Assembly: GCF_036588685.1 (NCBI RefSeq)
Contig: NC_086380.1
Coordinates: 4,836,001-4,900,000, forward strand
DNA length: 64,000 nucleotides
Direction: 5' to 3'
Source: Mytilus trossulus
Lineage: Eukaryota
Below the pieces are notes generated by a model, which did no database searches, was not told where the DNA came from, and was given only the letters and a program-made list of their open reading frames with translations. Positions 26,571 to 37,569 of the stretch are shown here, piece after piece; positions within the stretch are counted from its first letter, which is position 1, and each line of letters starts with the position of its first letter. Position numbers and translations under genes: made by a program.

Positions 26571-26787
26571 GCAAAAGTGTCGGACAAAAAGCAAAATAAT
26601 CGGACAAAAAGCAAAACGGACAAAAAGCAACGGACAAAAAGCAAAAGTGTCGGACAAAAAGCAAAATAATCGGACAAAAAGCAAAACGGACAAAAAGCAA
26701 CGGACAAAAAGCAAAAGTGTCGGACAAAAAGCAAAATTATCGGACAAAAAGCAAAAACGGACAAAAAGCGAATTGCGAACAAAAAGC
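26571..26787. repeat. Higher-order minisatellite (70-bp unit x ~3)
   Basis: Each 70-bp unit is four GCAA..CGGACAAAAA subunits of 20+20+16+14 nt. Units start at 26571, 26641 and 26711. Confidence 0.92.
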
Positions 26788-27309
26788 ACCGTATCATACG
26801 GTGTTACACTATAATATACACATCTAGATTATCAATATTTTTGGGACGAATTCTATATTGAGTATAGAATCCCACATCTTACTAAGCAACATCAAACATT
26901 TTGTTTTAATTTGTAGACCAGTACAAAATCTTTGTTTCAATGTGAAAGTCTTTTCATGAAAACAAGAATATATAAGATTTAATAATTTGAGATGAGTTTA
27001 AACAGTTTTTAAAGATACTTAACAGTTAATGGAATAAAAGAGACGTGACTTGTACCACATACAGACATTTTGCGGAATAAAATGTCTAATCCAGGCAATT
27101 ACGAATTAATATGATGTACACATGTAGGGGTTGGAATAAATGTGTCCTCTGCATGGGTACAAACCTATGGTGGATTAGAAACGACTTAACAAGGCAAAAA
27201 GGGGGGTGTATACATCGTTTTTGGAGTTATTAACGAGGCATTTAACCATGAAAGTTAAAGGTCAAATAATTGGACCTTGAGATCAACGGTAAATGTCATA
27301 ATGATATTG

Positions 27310-27735
27310 AAATTGATAATAGAAATGGAGAATGTATCAAAGAAACATCAACCCGACCAAAGAAGAAACAACAGCAGAAGGTCACCAACAGGTCTTCAAT
27401 GTAACGAGAAATTCCCGCACCCGGAGGCGTCCTTCAGCTGGCCCATAAACAAATATGTACTAGTTCAGTGATGATGAACGCCATACTAATTTCCAAATTG
27501 TACACAAGAAACTAAAATTAAAAAAATACAAGACTAACAAAGACCAGAGGTTCCTGATTTGGGACAGGCGCTAAAATGCGGCGGGGATTAACATGTTTAC
27601 GAGCTCTCAACCCTCCCCTATATCCCTCGAGCCAATGTTGAGAAGTAAACGCATTACAATACGTACATTTAAAATTCAATTCAAGAGAAGTTCGAGTCTG
27701 ATGTCAGAAGATGTAACCAAAGAAAATAAACAAAA
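27310..27735. repeat. Dispersed repeat (AAATTGAGAATGGAAATGGGGAATGTGTCAAAG family)
   Basis: Homologous to 49141-49560 and 51133-51290. Confidence 0.8.
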
Positions 27736-28854
27736 TTAGACTGTTATGATATCTGAGTCATGGCTATACACTGTATGCCAAATATCACAAGTCAATGTAT
27801 AAAAACTAAATAAGTGTAGACCGGGACAAGTGTGTATGAGAATAAAATTCCAAAAAAAGAAGAAAAAAGTAATATGTTTAACATAATTAATCCATTCATT
27901 TCATTTGAAGCCAGAGAAAATTGACAAAGACAAGTGAAAACTGAGTACAGAATAAACTGTTTTCTTTCAAGATGAAATGGACTATGGTTTGAATGGTTTT
28001 ACAGTAGTAATTTTGAGGCCCTTTATAGCTGGTTGTTTGGTGTGAGCTAAGGCCCCGTGCCGTACATTGATCTATAATGGTTTACTTGTATAAATTGTTA
28101 TTTGGATGGAGAGTTGTATCATTGGCACTCACATCACATCTTCCTATAACTATGGAACATTTTTGTTATCTGTAATTATGATGTGAATACTGGCAATGAC
28201 GGAAAATGGTTTCACTTTCCTGTCAGTGTCAAATGATTTGTGAAATATCATGTAAAATGCATGACATTTGTATGTGATTGATTTGCATTTTGTATTTTTT
28301 CGTTTTGTTTTTGTAATTTGTTTATCAAAATGAACTACAGTTTTAATTGGATATGAAAGTTACTAATAAGAGTATACTAATATAAGTTCGGGTTAGGGTG
28401 AAGGTTGTCGCCTGTTTAAACGTTTACACATGCTGCGTTTGTTTGCAACTAGTTACGAACCTGTTCAGTGGTTGTTGTGGTTCATACGTGTTCCTCGTTT
28501 CTAGTTTTTTTTATATAAAGATTAAACCGTTGATTTTCCTGTTTGAATTGCTACATTAGCCACTTGTGTGTCCTTGATAGCTTGCAGGTTGGTGTAATCC
28601 AAAGCTCTGTGTTAAAGGTCGTACTTTGACCTATAATTGTTTACTTTTTACATGTTGTGTCCTGAAAGGAGAGTAGTATCATTGGCACTAATACCACATC
28701 TTCTTATTTCTATAAATGTTGCAAAAGTTATTTCTTTTGTGTGGATGTGTATGTTTAAGCGCGGATTCATATACGATGGATTCTTACAGTATGCACCCTT
28801 TTATTCATTCATTGTACAATTTTATAAATATAATAAATGAATTAAAACGCCTGA

Positions 28855-29030
28855 TATCGTGGGTTCTGACACCGGCCTGGTCAAACTTAAGACTTAAAAA
28901 TTGGTATTTGCTGATTTCCGTCAATCAATTGGCATTAAGGGGTAAGAACAAAAACTAGTTGGATCGGAGTGTCAAGTTAGGGTAATATGTCTTCCAACGG
29001 ACTGTAACCTTTTAAGCTATAGCACACTAA
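28855..29030 (+). mobile_element. Degenerate tRNA-derived SINE remnant
   Basis: Degenerate B-box-like GGTTC followed by GGTCAAAC..AAGACT.AAAATTGGTATTTGCTG..TT.C.G...GCATTAAGG.GTAAGA, resembling bivalve SINE central domains (recognised from memory). Confidence 0.45.
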
Positions 29031-29786
29031 AAATTAATGAAACAAACAACCCATTCAGCAACATGATGTCCAAAAGTGAGCACTTTGTGTAAACATGAAT
29101 TATGATTGAAATAGTAACTTTTATGAATTAACTGTTAACAAAACTTTATATTGTTTGCAAAAACTACGGATAATATATTCAGGAATAAATAACCTTTATT
29201 CACAAAATAAAATCGGAATTTGAGCCTTTTATGGTCCTTTGACATTTTTTTTATTCGACCGTCACTGATGAGTCTTTTGTACGCGAAACACACGTCTTAC
29301 AAGCAAGATATCTTTAATTATGATGCGTTTTTATTCCTTTCATATTCAATACTTGTTTTATTTTCTTCGACGTGTAAATATCTGATTAAAAAATAAAAGA
29401 AGCTTTTATTCTTTTGAATATGTTTAAATTCATAATACATGAAGTGCTGTTATTTTAGAAGATATATGATTGATTGAATGTTGTTTCCTGACCGTCCAGT
29501 GACAAATACTTTATGCATGCAAATTTTAACGGAAAGATATGAAGAGAATGATTTGCAAACAAGAAATACGAAGTAGCACCAAGTTGTCGTCAAGACAGAA
29601 CAACGGGAAGGCGGGTGACAATTATAACAAATAATAAGTCCAATAAATTCAACGCCATGACCAAAAAAAATAACTCAAGATACATAATTTAGATCATAAA
29701 AGTGTTGGATAGTTTTGTTTAATTTTGATTATTGTTACACTTACACAATTAACTAATTAAAATGGTCACATGGTGTCTTCTTATGT

Positions 29787-30049
29787 GAGGGTGAGGACAG
29801 GGGGTACCCTTCTCCCTTCTCCCACCCCTCATCTCCTTTCTCCTACCAGGCCTCTTCTCCTTTCTCCTACCCCTCTTCTCCTTATTTTTTTTTAATTTAC
29901 CGGAAAAAAGAGATATTTTATTTTTTTGATATTTTATTTTTTTCTCCAACTTTTCTCCTTTCTCCCAGCCTTCCTCTCCTTTCTCGTACCCCCTTTCTCC
30001 TTTCTCCTACCCCTTTCTCCCGGTCTCCCTCACCCCTGTCCTCCCCCTC
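29787..30049. mobile_element. 263-bp MITE with 6-bp TSD
   Basis: TIRs GAGGGTGAGGACAGGGG / CCCCTGTCCTCCCCCTC. TTATGT at 29781-29786 and 30050-30055. Interior has TTCTCCT-rich subrepeats. Confidence 0.8.
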
Positions 30050-30986
30050 TTATGTGATATGAATTACAGTGTATGTTATTATTCACAGTTCTGTAGTTTA
30101 TTTTCGCCATCTGTATTTTTATTAAATGATTGTCTAAAATGTTAACTTGGCATGCCATACTTTGTAGAAATGCGGACGTGAAAGAAAGCACTTTTCACAA
30201 AAGTGTCAACGGAGATTAAAACATTCCAGGGCGACGATTTCGTCAATTATGAAACAAAATACGTATATATGCACTTTTTGAGTATGAACCAGTTATTATA
30301 TTCATTCACAATTACGTTCCCAGTATTTCTCTGAAGTTTATCACAGTTCCGTTTATTTTTGGGTCAAATTTCGACGGTCTGCTAAAATGTCACTTTAAAT
30401 TAAAGAATAATGAGTAAAGGAATATCCTGTTTTCCTGTCTCAAATATATGTTTATTTTTCGTCCTAAAGAAACTAGCTATTATTATAGCGTAGCAGGAAC
30501 ACTTTTCCGTCGTCAGATCTAGTAAATACCGGAAATCATCTCCGGTCCGCAGTTCGGTTAAAAATTTCGATGATTCAATGAAAACAACGACGATTTTTTG
30601 TCACTTTTTTGAATTTTTAACTATGAGCGTACTTACGACCCACTAAAATATTTGAACTACATCAACATTAATGTTCAAGGAATGTCTGGTATAAATATGA
30701 TCGTTGGTCGTAGGTACGCTCATAGTTTAAAATGCAGAAAAAGTTTTTGAAACTGCCATTTTTCTGCCCTTTTCGCGAATATTGAGGTCTTTACAGCAAC
30801 AGAGCATGAATAATATCAACGGAAGTTGAAAAATCTATTAATGTTAACAAAAATATAGGTTTTAAACTTTAAGAATAATGTATTATAATTAATGGCAAGT
30901 CACTTTTAATTTGAACGAAATTAGGGGGCCGTTCTCTACCTTGTCATTTGTCAACAAGTATGAGTATACATACCATTTTCGCTTAA

Positions 30987-31376
30987 GGATGTTCGCTACT
31001 CTATTAAAAAATAACAAGCTTTTTTAAAGACTGTTATGGATCGATAGTATATAAATAAAGGAAATAAAAAAGTAGAAAAAAATGGCGGGTCCGTGTGCTA
31101 GTTTTAGAGATATAAGCCATTGAAAATTTGGCGGGAAATAACTCTCTCTGGACTTTTCATAAACTTAACATTGGCACCTTATTTGTTTCAAAAACTATGA
31201 AAAAATAACAAGAATTTTATAAAATTTTGTAATATGGCTTTTTAAACTTTATGTTATAAAATTATGAAAAGAAAAGTAGGGGTTAGTGGGCAAAATTTTT
31301 TGATGACAATACATGGATAAAACCAGAGGATTCCAAAAATCTGGCAAAAAATCCAAATACAGTGGAGCAAACATCC
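30987..31376. mobile_element. Kolobok-type MITE (TTAA TSD)
   Basis: TTAA|GGATGTTCGCT ... AGCAAACATCC|TTAA; RR...YY termini with TTAA duplication. Confidence 0.75.
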
Positions 31377-31848
31377 TTAATTAAAATTTCATATATATTC
31401 AGTATCGTGGCTGTATCGACAATCAACGTAAATGAGTTACATATATGTTGTACTTTGTATGTATTAAGGAACTCAGTCTAGGAATTTTCCATTCTCACAT
31501 TAATTATTTGTTAATGTTAATGCTGATTAAGAAATCATGTTTAGCTAAATGGGTACACATCAACACTTCTATCCTATTCTACTACCTAGAATTGCTGAAA
31601 TAAACGAAGATATAAAACAAATCATTTTCTGATTTTTTTTAATTTATTACTAAATAGATATAATAAAAATCTCGGTCTTTTACTAAACAAATGCATATTT
31701 ATGTATTTTTTTGAAATAATATAGAAAGGTACTAGCATTTGGAAATTTGCAGTGAACATAAGTATGACATTATCTAAAAATAATGTGTGGTTTGTCGACT
31801 TCATTTATCTTTTTCCAGATCAAATTCTTCTAAAATGTTTCTACTGGT

Positions 31849-34064
31849 TTACTCGGAAATGAGGTATCCAGAAAATGTCGACCTTTGATCTCCATAAATG
31901 TATTCCGAATCACTGTATAAATGTTTGACATAAACTGTGTCATTCATCTTCAATGCCATCACAACATTCAGAGTTCCAGTCGATAAATCATTACCGAAAG
32001 CCCTGACCAGTTTCTCATTATTCTTCCACAAATCGCAGTGTAAATAGCTGTTATAGTTAGACATCACCGTTGTTGAAATAGAGTAGAGTCCCATTTTAGG
32101 AGCAGTAAAAAGTCCAGTCTCGTGATCGTAAGCTCTACCCATGTTTAACCATACTTTGTCAAATATTACAACTCCGTTACCACCGAAATTTTGGGTGGAT
32201 GTAAGTGATGCTGTAAAAGCTGGCCTTTCCTTAACTCGTCCAGGTTCTGAAAAATAATTTTCAATGCCTTTTGCATACAGCTTGAAAAATAACCAAATAC
32301 AGTCTATATTGTCTATATGAAATTATACTAATTGAAAGTAAAAATGGGCCTTCACTTAAGTTACATATATTTGTGCCCTCTGCATTTAGTTTTATAAACA
32401 TAAATACATGTGGTAAGGTCATCATATTAATGAGACAACTCTCCGCCAGAGACCATATGATAGAGAAGTTAAATTAAGAAGCATAACATAACAACATCTC
32501 TTACTAAAGCGATTTACACATACATTTAGAGGTTGGAATCATTTTTTTTTGGTGGTCACTTCATTTCAATAGGGACATATGGTAGGAATCCCCCGTTCGC
32601 CTTGGTTGGGACCCTCCTTTTTTAATGGCTGGTTCCGCCTCTGACTCGAAAACATTGTCATGGCCGCATAATATTTTTTTAGTCATAAAAGCGTAGGACT
32701 CAAATCTATGGTGGGTTCCAAATCTATGGCAGATTTCTAATCTATGGTAAATGTGACGTCATGCCATCCCACATCTATGGCAAGTTTTGTACTTTCCTAA
32801 TCTATGGCGGATTTATGTTGTTTCCAAATCTATTGCAAATTTTGTGCAAATGGAAAACAATGCAGTTCATTTTCGACCTATAACTTGTCTTGAGCAAGTC
32901 GAAAAATACGACAACTGGAGCATGTCTACAAACATTTGTGGAATAAACATTCCATAATGTTAAAATGATGTGTTCTGTAAAAAATAAACATTTTTCATGA
33001 AACCTGTGCATGGTACCTTTTTTTAGCCAATTCATTAAACCAACTAATAAGACCTCTAACAAACAAGAAGGCCGCTTTTTATAAAAAAAAAATATAAAAA
33101 AGTAACAAATAAAAATAGACAGTTTGAATTTTCAAATAATATTTATTTCAGCGATATCGTTAATACATCTTTTTTTTATTTGATGACGATTTAAATCAAA
33201 TTTGTATCCCGTAATTTTATCTATTATTTTATAAACTTTGCCAGCCGTAGACAGTAAACTACTACTAACTAGATATAGGAAGATGTGGAATGAGTGCCAA
33301 TGAGACAACTCTCCATCCAAGTTACTATTTATAAAAGTAAACCAGTATAGGTCCAGGTACGGCCTTCAACAAGGAGCCTTGGCTCACACCAAACAGCAAG
33401 CTATAAAAATCCTTTTTTCTAAAATATGCGGTACTGAAAATAGAGGCGCCATAATTCATCGCGGGATTCGGCCAGTACAGCACATTTGGTCCATCTTTAG
33501 AATAGTAGGTCACATCTTCCTTTAAACCACCCAAAAAATGTTGTCATGGAAATATCTTCATCTTGAATGGTGTTCAAATTTATGGGTTCCGCCATCGTTA
33601 GCGGCATCGAAGATCTAATATGGCGTTATATTCAATTGTGACGTTATACGGTACCCTTTCCCCGAGATCTGCCATAGATTTGGAGTAAACAAAAATCTGC
33701 CATAGATTTGAGTTGTTTGGCGTTTGTAACGTCACATTTGCCATAGATTAGGAATCTGCCATAAATTTGGAACCCGCCATAGATATGAGTCCTATATATA
33801 TACTTCATACATACCGTATCCAATGTCGACAATAACAGCCTGTTTTATCCGAGGAATCATCTCGTTCATGGTATCTTCTACTGTCTTCTTAATAGCGGCC
33901 CCCAACACCTCGTTAAGTTTTGTGGTATCGAACAGTGCAACTAAAGGCATATTTTGATTGTCCAGTAGTGGTATCTCAGTAGAAGAGTTGTCACTATTTT
34001 GTCCTTTCGCGTATTTCATAATCGTAATTACTAAAAGTTGAAACAAAATCCTTCTTAGTACCAT
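31849..34064 (-). CDS. C1q domain-containing secreted protein, g4 (215 aa; exon 1 34064-33815, exon 2 32246-31849)
   Basis: Canonical splice sites. Exon 2 is 398 nt (one extra codon in KHLYSDSEY) and reads EPGRVKERPAFTASLTSTQNFGGNGVVIFDKVWLNMG...STFSGYLISE*. Confidence 0.93.
32696..33792. mobile_element. MITE with ~65-bp TIRs and TA TSD in g4 intron
   Basis: TA|GGACTCAAATCTATGGTGGGTTCCAAATCTATGGCAGATT... and ...AATCTGCCATAAATTTGGAACCCGCCATAGATATGAGTCC|TA. Absent from paralogous introns. Carries a nested short repeat at ~33270-33408. Confidence 0.85.
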
Positions 34065-34496
34065 GGTTACAAGTTTAACTATTTGTTTTCTTCACTCCGA
34101 CTGTGGTATTTGAAAACCTGCAAGAACTTATATGTTTCGGAAATTACGAATGCAAAGTATTTATATGCATTGCTCACGTGGTTTATTATAAAAAAAAAAC
34201 ATTTAAAAAACCAAAAAAAACCCAACAAAACTGTCAGAGTAAGAGTGTTTGTTTGCCAATTAAAGACCGGCAAATGATGTAAGTTAATGTTTGCTGTCTT
34301 TTATAGTTTTTTGTTTTTATCATATATTAAAGGGAACTGTTTAAATTAGATAAAGGTTTTGTTACAAGATTTATATAGTTTTGTTGAACATTGTTTAAAG
34401 CAATATCATCCACCTTGGTAAGGGCTCGTGAAGGGTAGCCCTCTTGGATTGCAAGATCGCTTTTAAAGGAACCCAATCTGAGATTCACAGGTGATT

Positions 34497-35487
34497 TTTG
34501 TCGAGCCTGCGACGCAGAAAGCTCGACATAGGTTTAGTGATCCGGCGGCGGCGGCGTTAGCTAACTTCTTAAAAGCTTTATAGTTTAGAAGGTGAAAGAC
34601 CTGGATGCTTCATACTACTTGAAAAAAAAAACAAGATGTTTTGTATTGTTAAATTCTCTCTTATAATAAGTAATAGGATAACTATATTTGGTATGCACGT
34701 ACCTTGCAAAGCCTCATGCCCGTCAGACAGTTTTCACTTGACCACGACCTCATTTCATGGATCAGTGAACAAGGTTAAGTTTTGGTGGTCAAGTCCATAT
34801 CTGAGATACCATAAGCAATAGGTCTAGTATATTCGGTGTATGGAAGCACTGTAAAGTGGTCAACTGTCCAACTGGCAGGTGTCATCTGACCTTGACCTCA
34901 TTTTCATGGTTCAGTGGTTATAGTTAAGTTTTTTTGTGTTTTGGTCTGTTTTTCTTATACTGGATGCAATAGGTATTCTATATTTGGTGTATGGAATGAT
35001 TGTAAGGTGTACATGGCTAACGGGCAGGTGTCATCTGACCTTGACCTCATTTTCATGGTTCAGTGGTCAAAGTTAAGATTTTGAGTTTTGGTCTTTTTTT
35101 CTAAAACTATATGCAACAGGTCAATTATAATTGGTGTATGGACATATTTTATGATCTATATGTCAGTCGTGCAAGTTTTATTTGTCTTTGACCTCATTTT
35201 CACAGTTCATTACTCAGTGTTAAGTTTTTGTGTTTTGGTCTCTTTTTCTTAAACTATAAGCAATATGTCAACTAAATTTGTTGTATGGAAGAATTGTTAG
35301 CTGTAAATGCCTGCCTGGTATGGTTCATCTGACCTTGACCTCCTTTTCATGGTTCAAAGGTCAATGTTTAGTTTTCTTTGTTTATGTTAAGTTCATGTGA
35401 CAGTTGTAATAAAGCTGATATTTAGGACTACCAATATAATATCAATGAATAGTAAAGAAGGCGAGACATTTCAGTGTGTGCACTCAT
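34497..35487 (+). mobile_element. Non-autonomous Helentron/HINE-like element (same family as 20320-21378)
   Basis: Same termini (TGTCGAGCC...; ...GAAGGCGAGACATTTCAGTGTGTGCACTC), (GGC)n and internal tandem repeats. Confidence 0.75.
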
Positions 35488-36661
35488 GTTAAGTAAATGT
35501 AAAAGTCTCCAAATTAACGCTTTGAACATATTTAAAGGTCACAGATCGTTTTCATTTGACGTCAGGTTGCACGATTGCCCAGCAAACCCGAAGGTCTCAG
35601 GTACTAATTTGACCATGTTGGACCCACTTGGTTATTCGACGAGATCAACACAACTTTTGAGAAAAATTTGTGTAACCATTCCAGAACAATTTAGTAAAAT
35701 TAGTCCTGCGCCAGTTTTTCATGTATATGTATTCAAAAAGTCCCTATGGGGAGTATAATGCACACTATATATTACAGTGTTTTGATCAATGAGAAAACAT
35801 TGAACAAATCAAACTCATTGACAAAGTATTCAAAGTATGTGGATTTTATTGAATTTCAGACTTTGAAAGGGCAAATGACATTAATATCGCAGTATATGCC
35901 ACAGGCTCACGTGTGATTCTCATTTCCCCCAAAGTTGATTGAAAATAATTCAATGTGCATTACAAATATGAAGAAAGAGTTTGACAAAATCATTGATTAT
36001 ATTAAAGTGGATAAATATTGAGATCAATACTTTAAGATTCAGTGATGATTCAATGGCTCTTCTCATTATCTACCAATCAGCCATTTACACGTGATCAGCG
36101 ACAAATGCACATGCATGTACGTGCACTTTGTTTACATGAAATCAAATCTAAGATAATTAGTAAGGTATTTATAGAGTAGAACAATATGTAGCTAATTTGA
36201 CAGTGTTTCTCATCGTTATAAATTAAAATTGAAGCTACAAGCAGACAACTTTACTAATGCAGACGATTACTAGTAATTAATTGCGAACTATAATAACCGC
36301 AATCGATTAATAAAACAGAAAAAATAAAGGCATAAATCACAAAACAATATAGAGTGAACTTGTAACAAATATGTTGCACTTTGTATTTAGCTAGGAATAC
36401 AATGCTCACTATAATTATTTGTTTATGTTAACTTTGATTGCGACATCATAATTTGTTTAATGGGTTCGCCAAAACACTTCTATAGCCTATTTCACTATCA
36501 AGAGTTGCCGAAATGAATGAAGATATAAAAAAAAAATCAGAATTAAATTTCTGGAAAAGGCTTTATTTATTACTGGATGATATATTAAATTTGCTCGGTC
36601 TTTTACTAAACACCTCCAAAACATTACTCATTTCCAGATCAATTTCTTCTAAAAGTTTTTT

Positions 36662-37569
36662 TTACTCGGTAATTAGGTATCCGGAAAATGTCGACCTTTG
36701 ATCTCCAAAAATTCTTTCCGAACCAGCGGCGTGTTTGACATAAACTGTGTCACTCTTCTTTAATACCATCACAACATTCAGAGTCCCAGTCGAAAAATCA
36801 TTACCGAAAGCCAGGACCATTCTCTCATTATTTTTCCACAGAAAGCAGTGTAAATGGCTGTTATGATGAGACATAACCGTTGTTGAAATAGAGTAGAGTC
36901 CCGTTTTGGGCGCAGTAAAAACTCCAGTGTCGTTATCATAAGCTCCACTCATGTTTAACCATACTTTGTCAAATATAATAACTTCATATCCAGCAAGATA
37001 CTTATGTGATGTAAGCGATGCTGTAAAAGCTGGCCTTTCATTTTCTCGTCCAGGTTCTGAAAAATAATGCAATGTGAACGCAGCTTGAAAAATAATCCTA
37101 ACAGACTATATTCAATTGGTCTTTATGACATTATGTTAATTGAAAGGAAAAAGATACATTTTGATAGAGAAGTAAAAAAAAAGAAGCATTTAATAATATA
37201 ACAATATATCTTTATTATCACAAATTTTACGCATACGTTCAGAACTCAAAAAACATTGTCAGGTGAATTTTTTTTTATTGATTTTTTTAAAAGCTGCTGA
37301 CATACATATACTTTTTACATACCGTATCCAATGTCGTTAATAACAGCCTGTTTTATCCGAGGAATAATCTCGTTCATGATATCTACTGTCTTCTTAATAG
37401 CGGCCCTCAACACCTCGTTAAGTTTTGTGGTATCGAACAGAGCAACTAAAGGCATATTTAGATTGTCCAGTAGTGGTATCTCAGTAGAAGAGTTGTCACT
37501 ATTTTGTCCTTTCGCGTATTTCATAATCGTAATTACTAAAAATTGAAGCAAAATCCCTCTTAGTACCAT
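36662..37569 (-). CDS. C1q domain-containing secreted protein, g5 (213 aa; exon 1 37569-37323, exon 2 37056-36662)
   Basis: 266-nt GT-AG intron. Exon 1 has an in-frame 3-nt deletion (TVDIMNE). gC1q exon is intact. Confidence 0.93.

Noticed and set aside
26423-26797. Repetitive ORFs (FAFCP / FCFLS) and CRISPR-like periodicity
   Set aside because: These are translations of a minisatellite. The spacers are 0-6 nt and repeat in order, and there are no cas genes.
35610-35670. WLFDEINTT resembling an AAA+ Walker B motif
   Set aside because: Isolated motif in a frame with many stops and no Walker A; likely chance.
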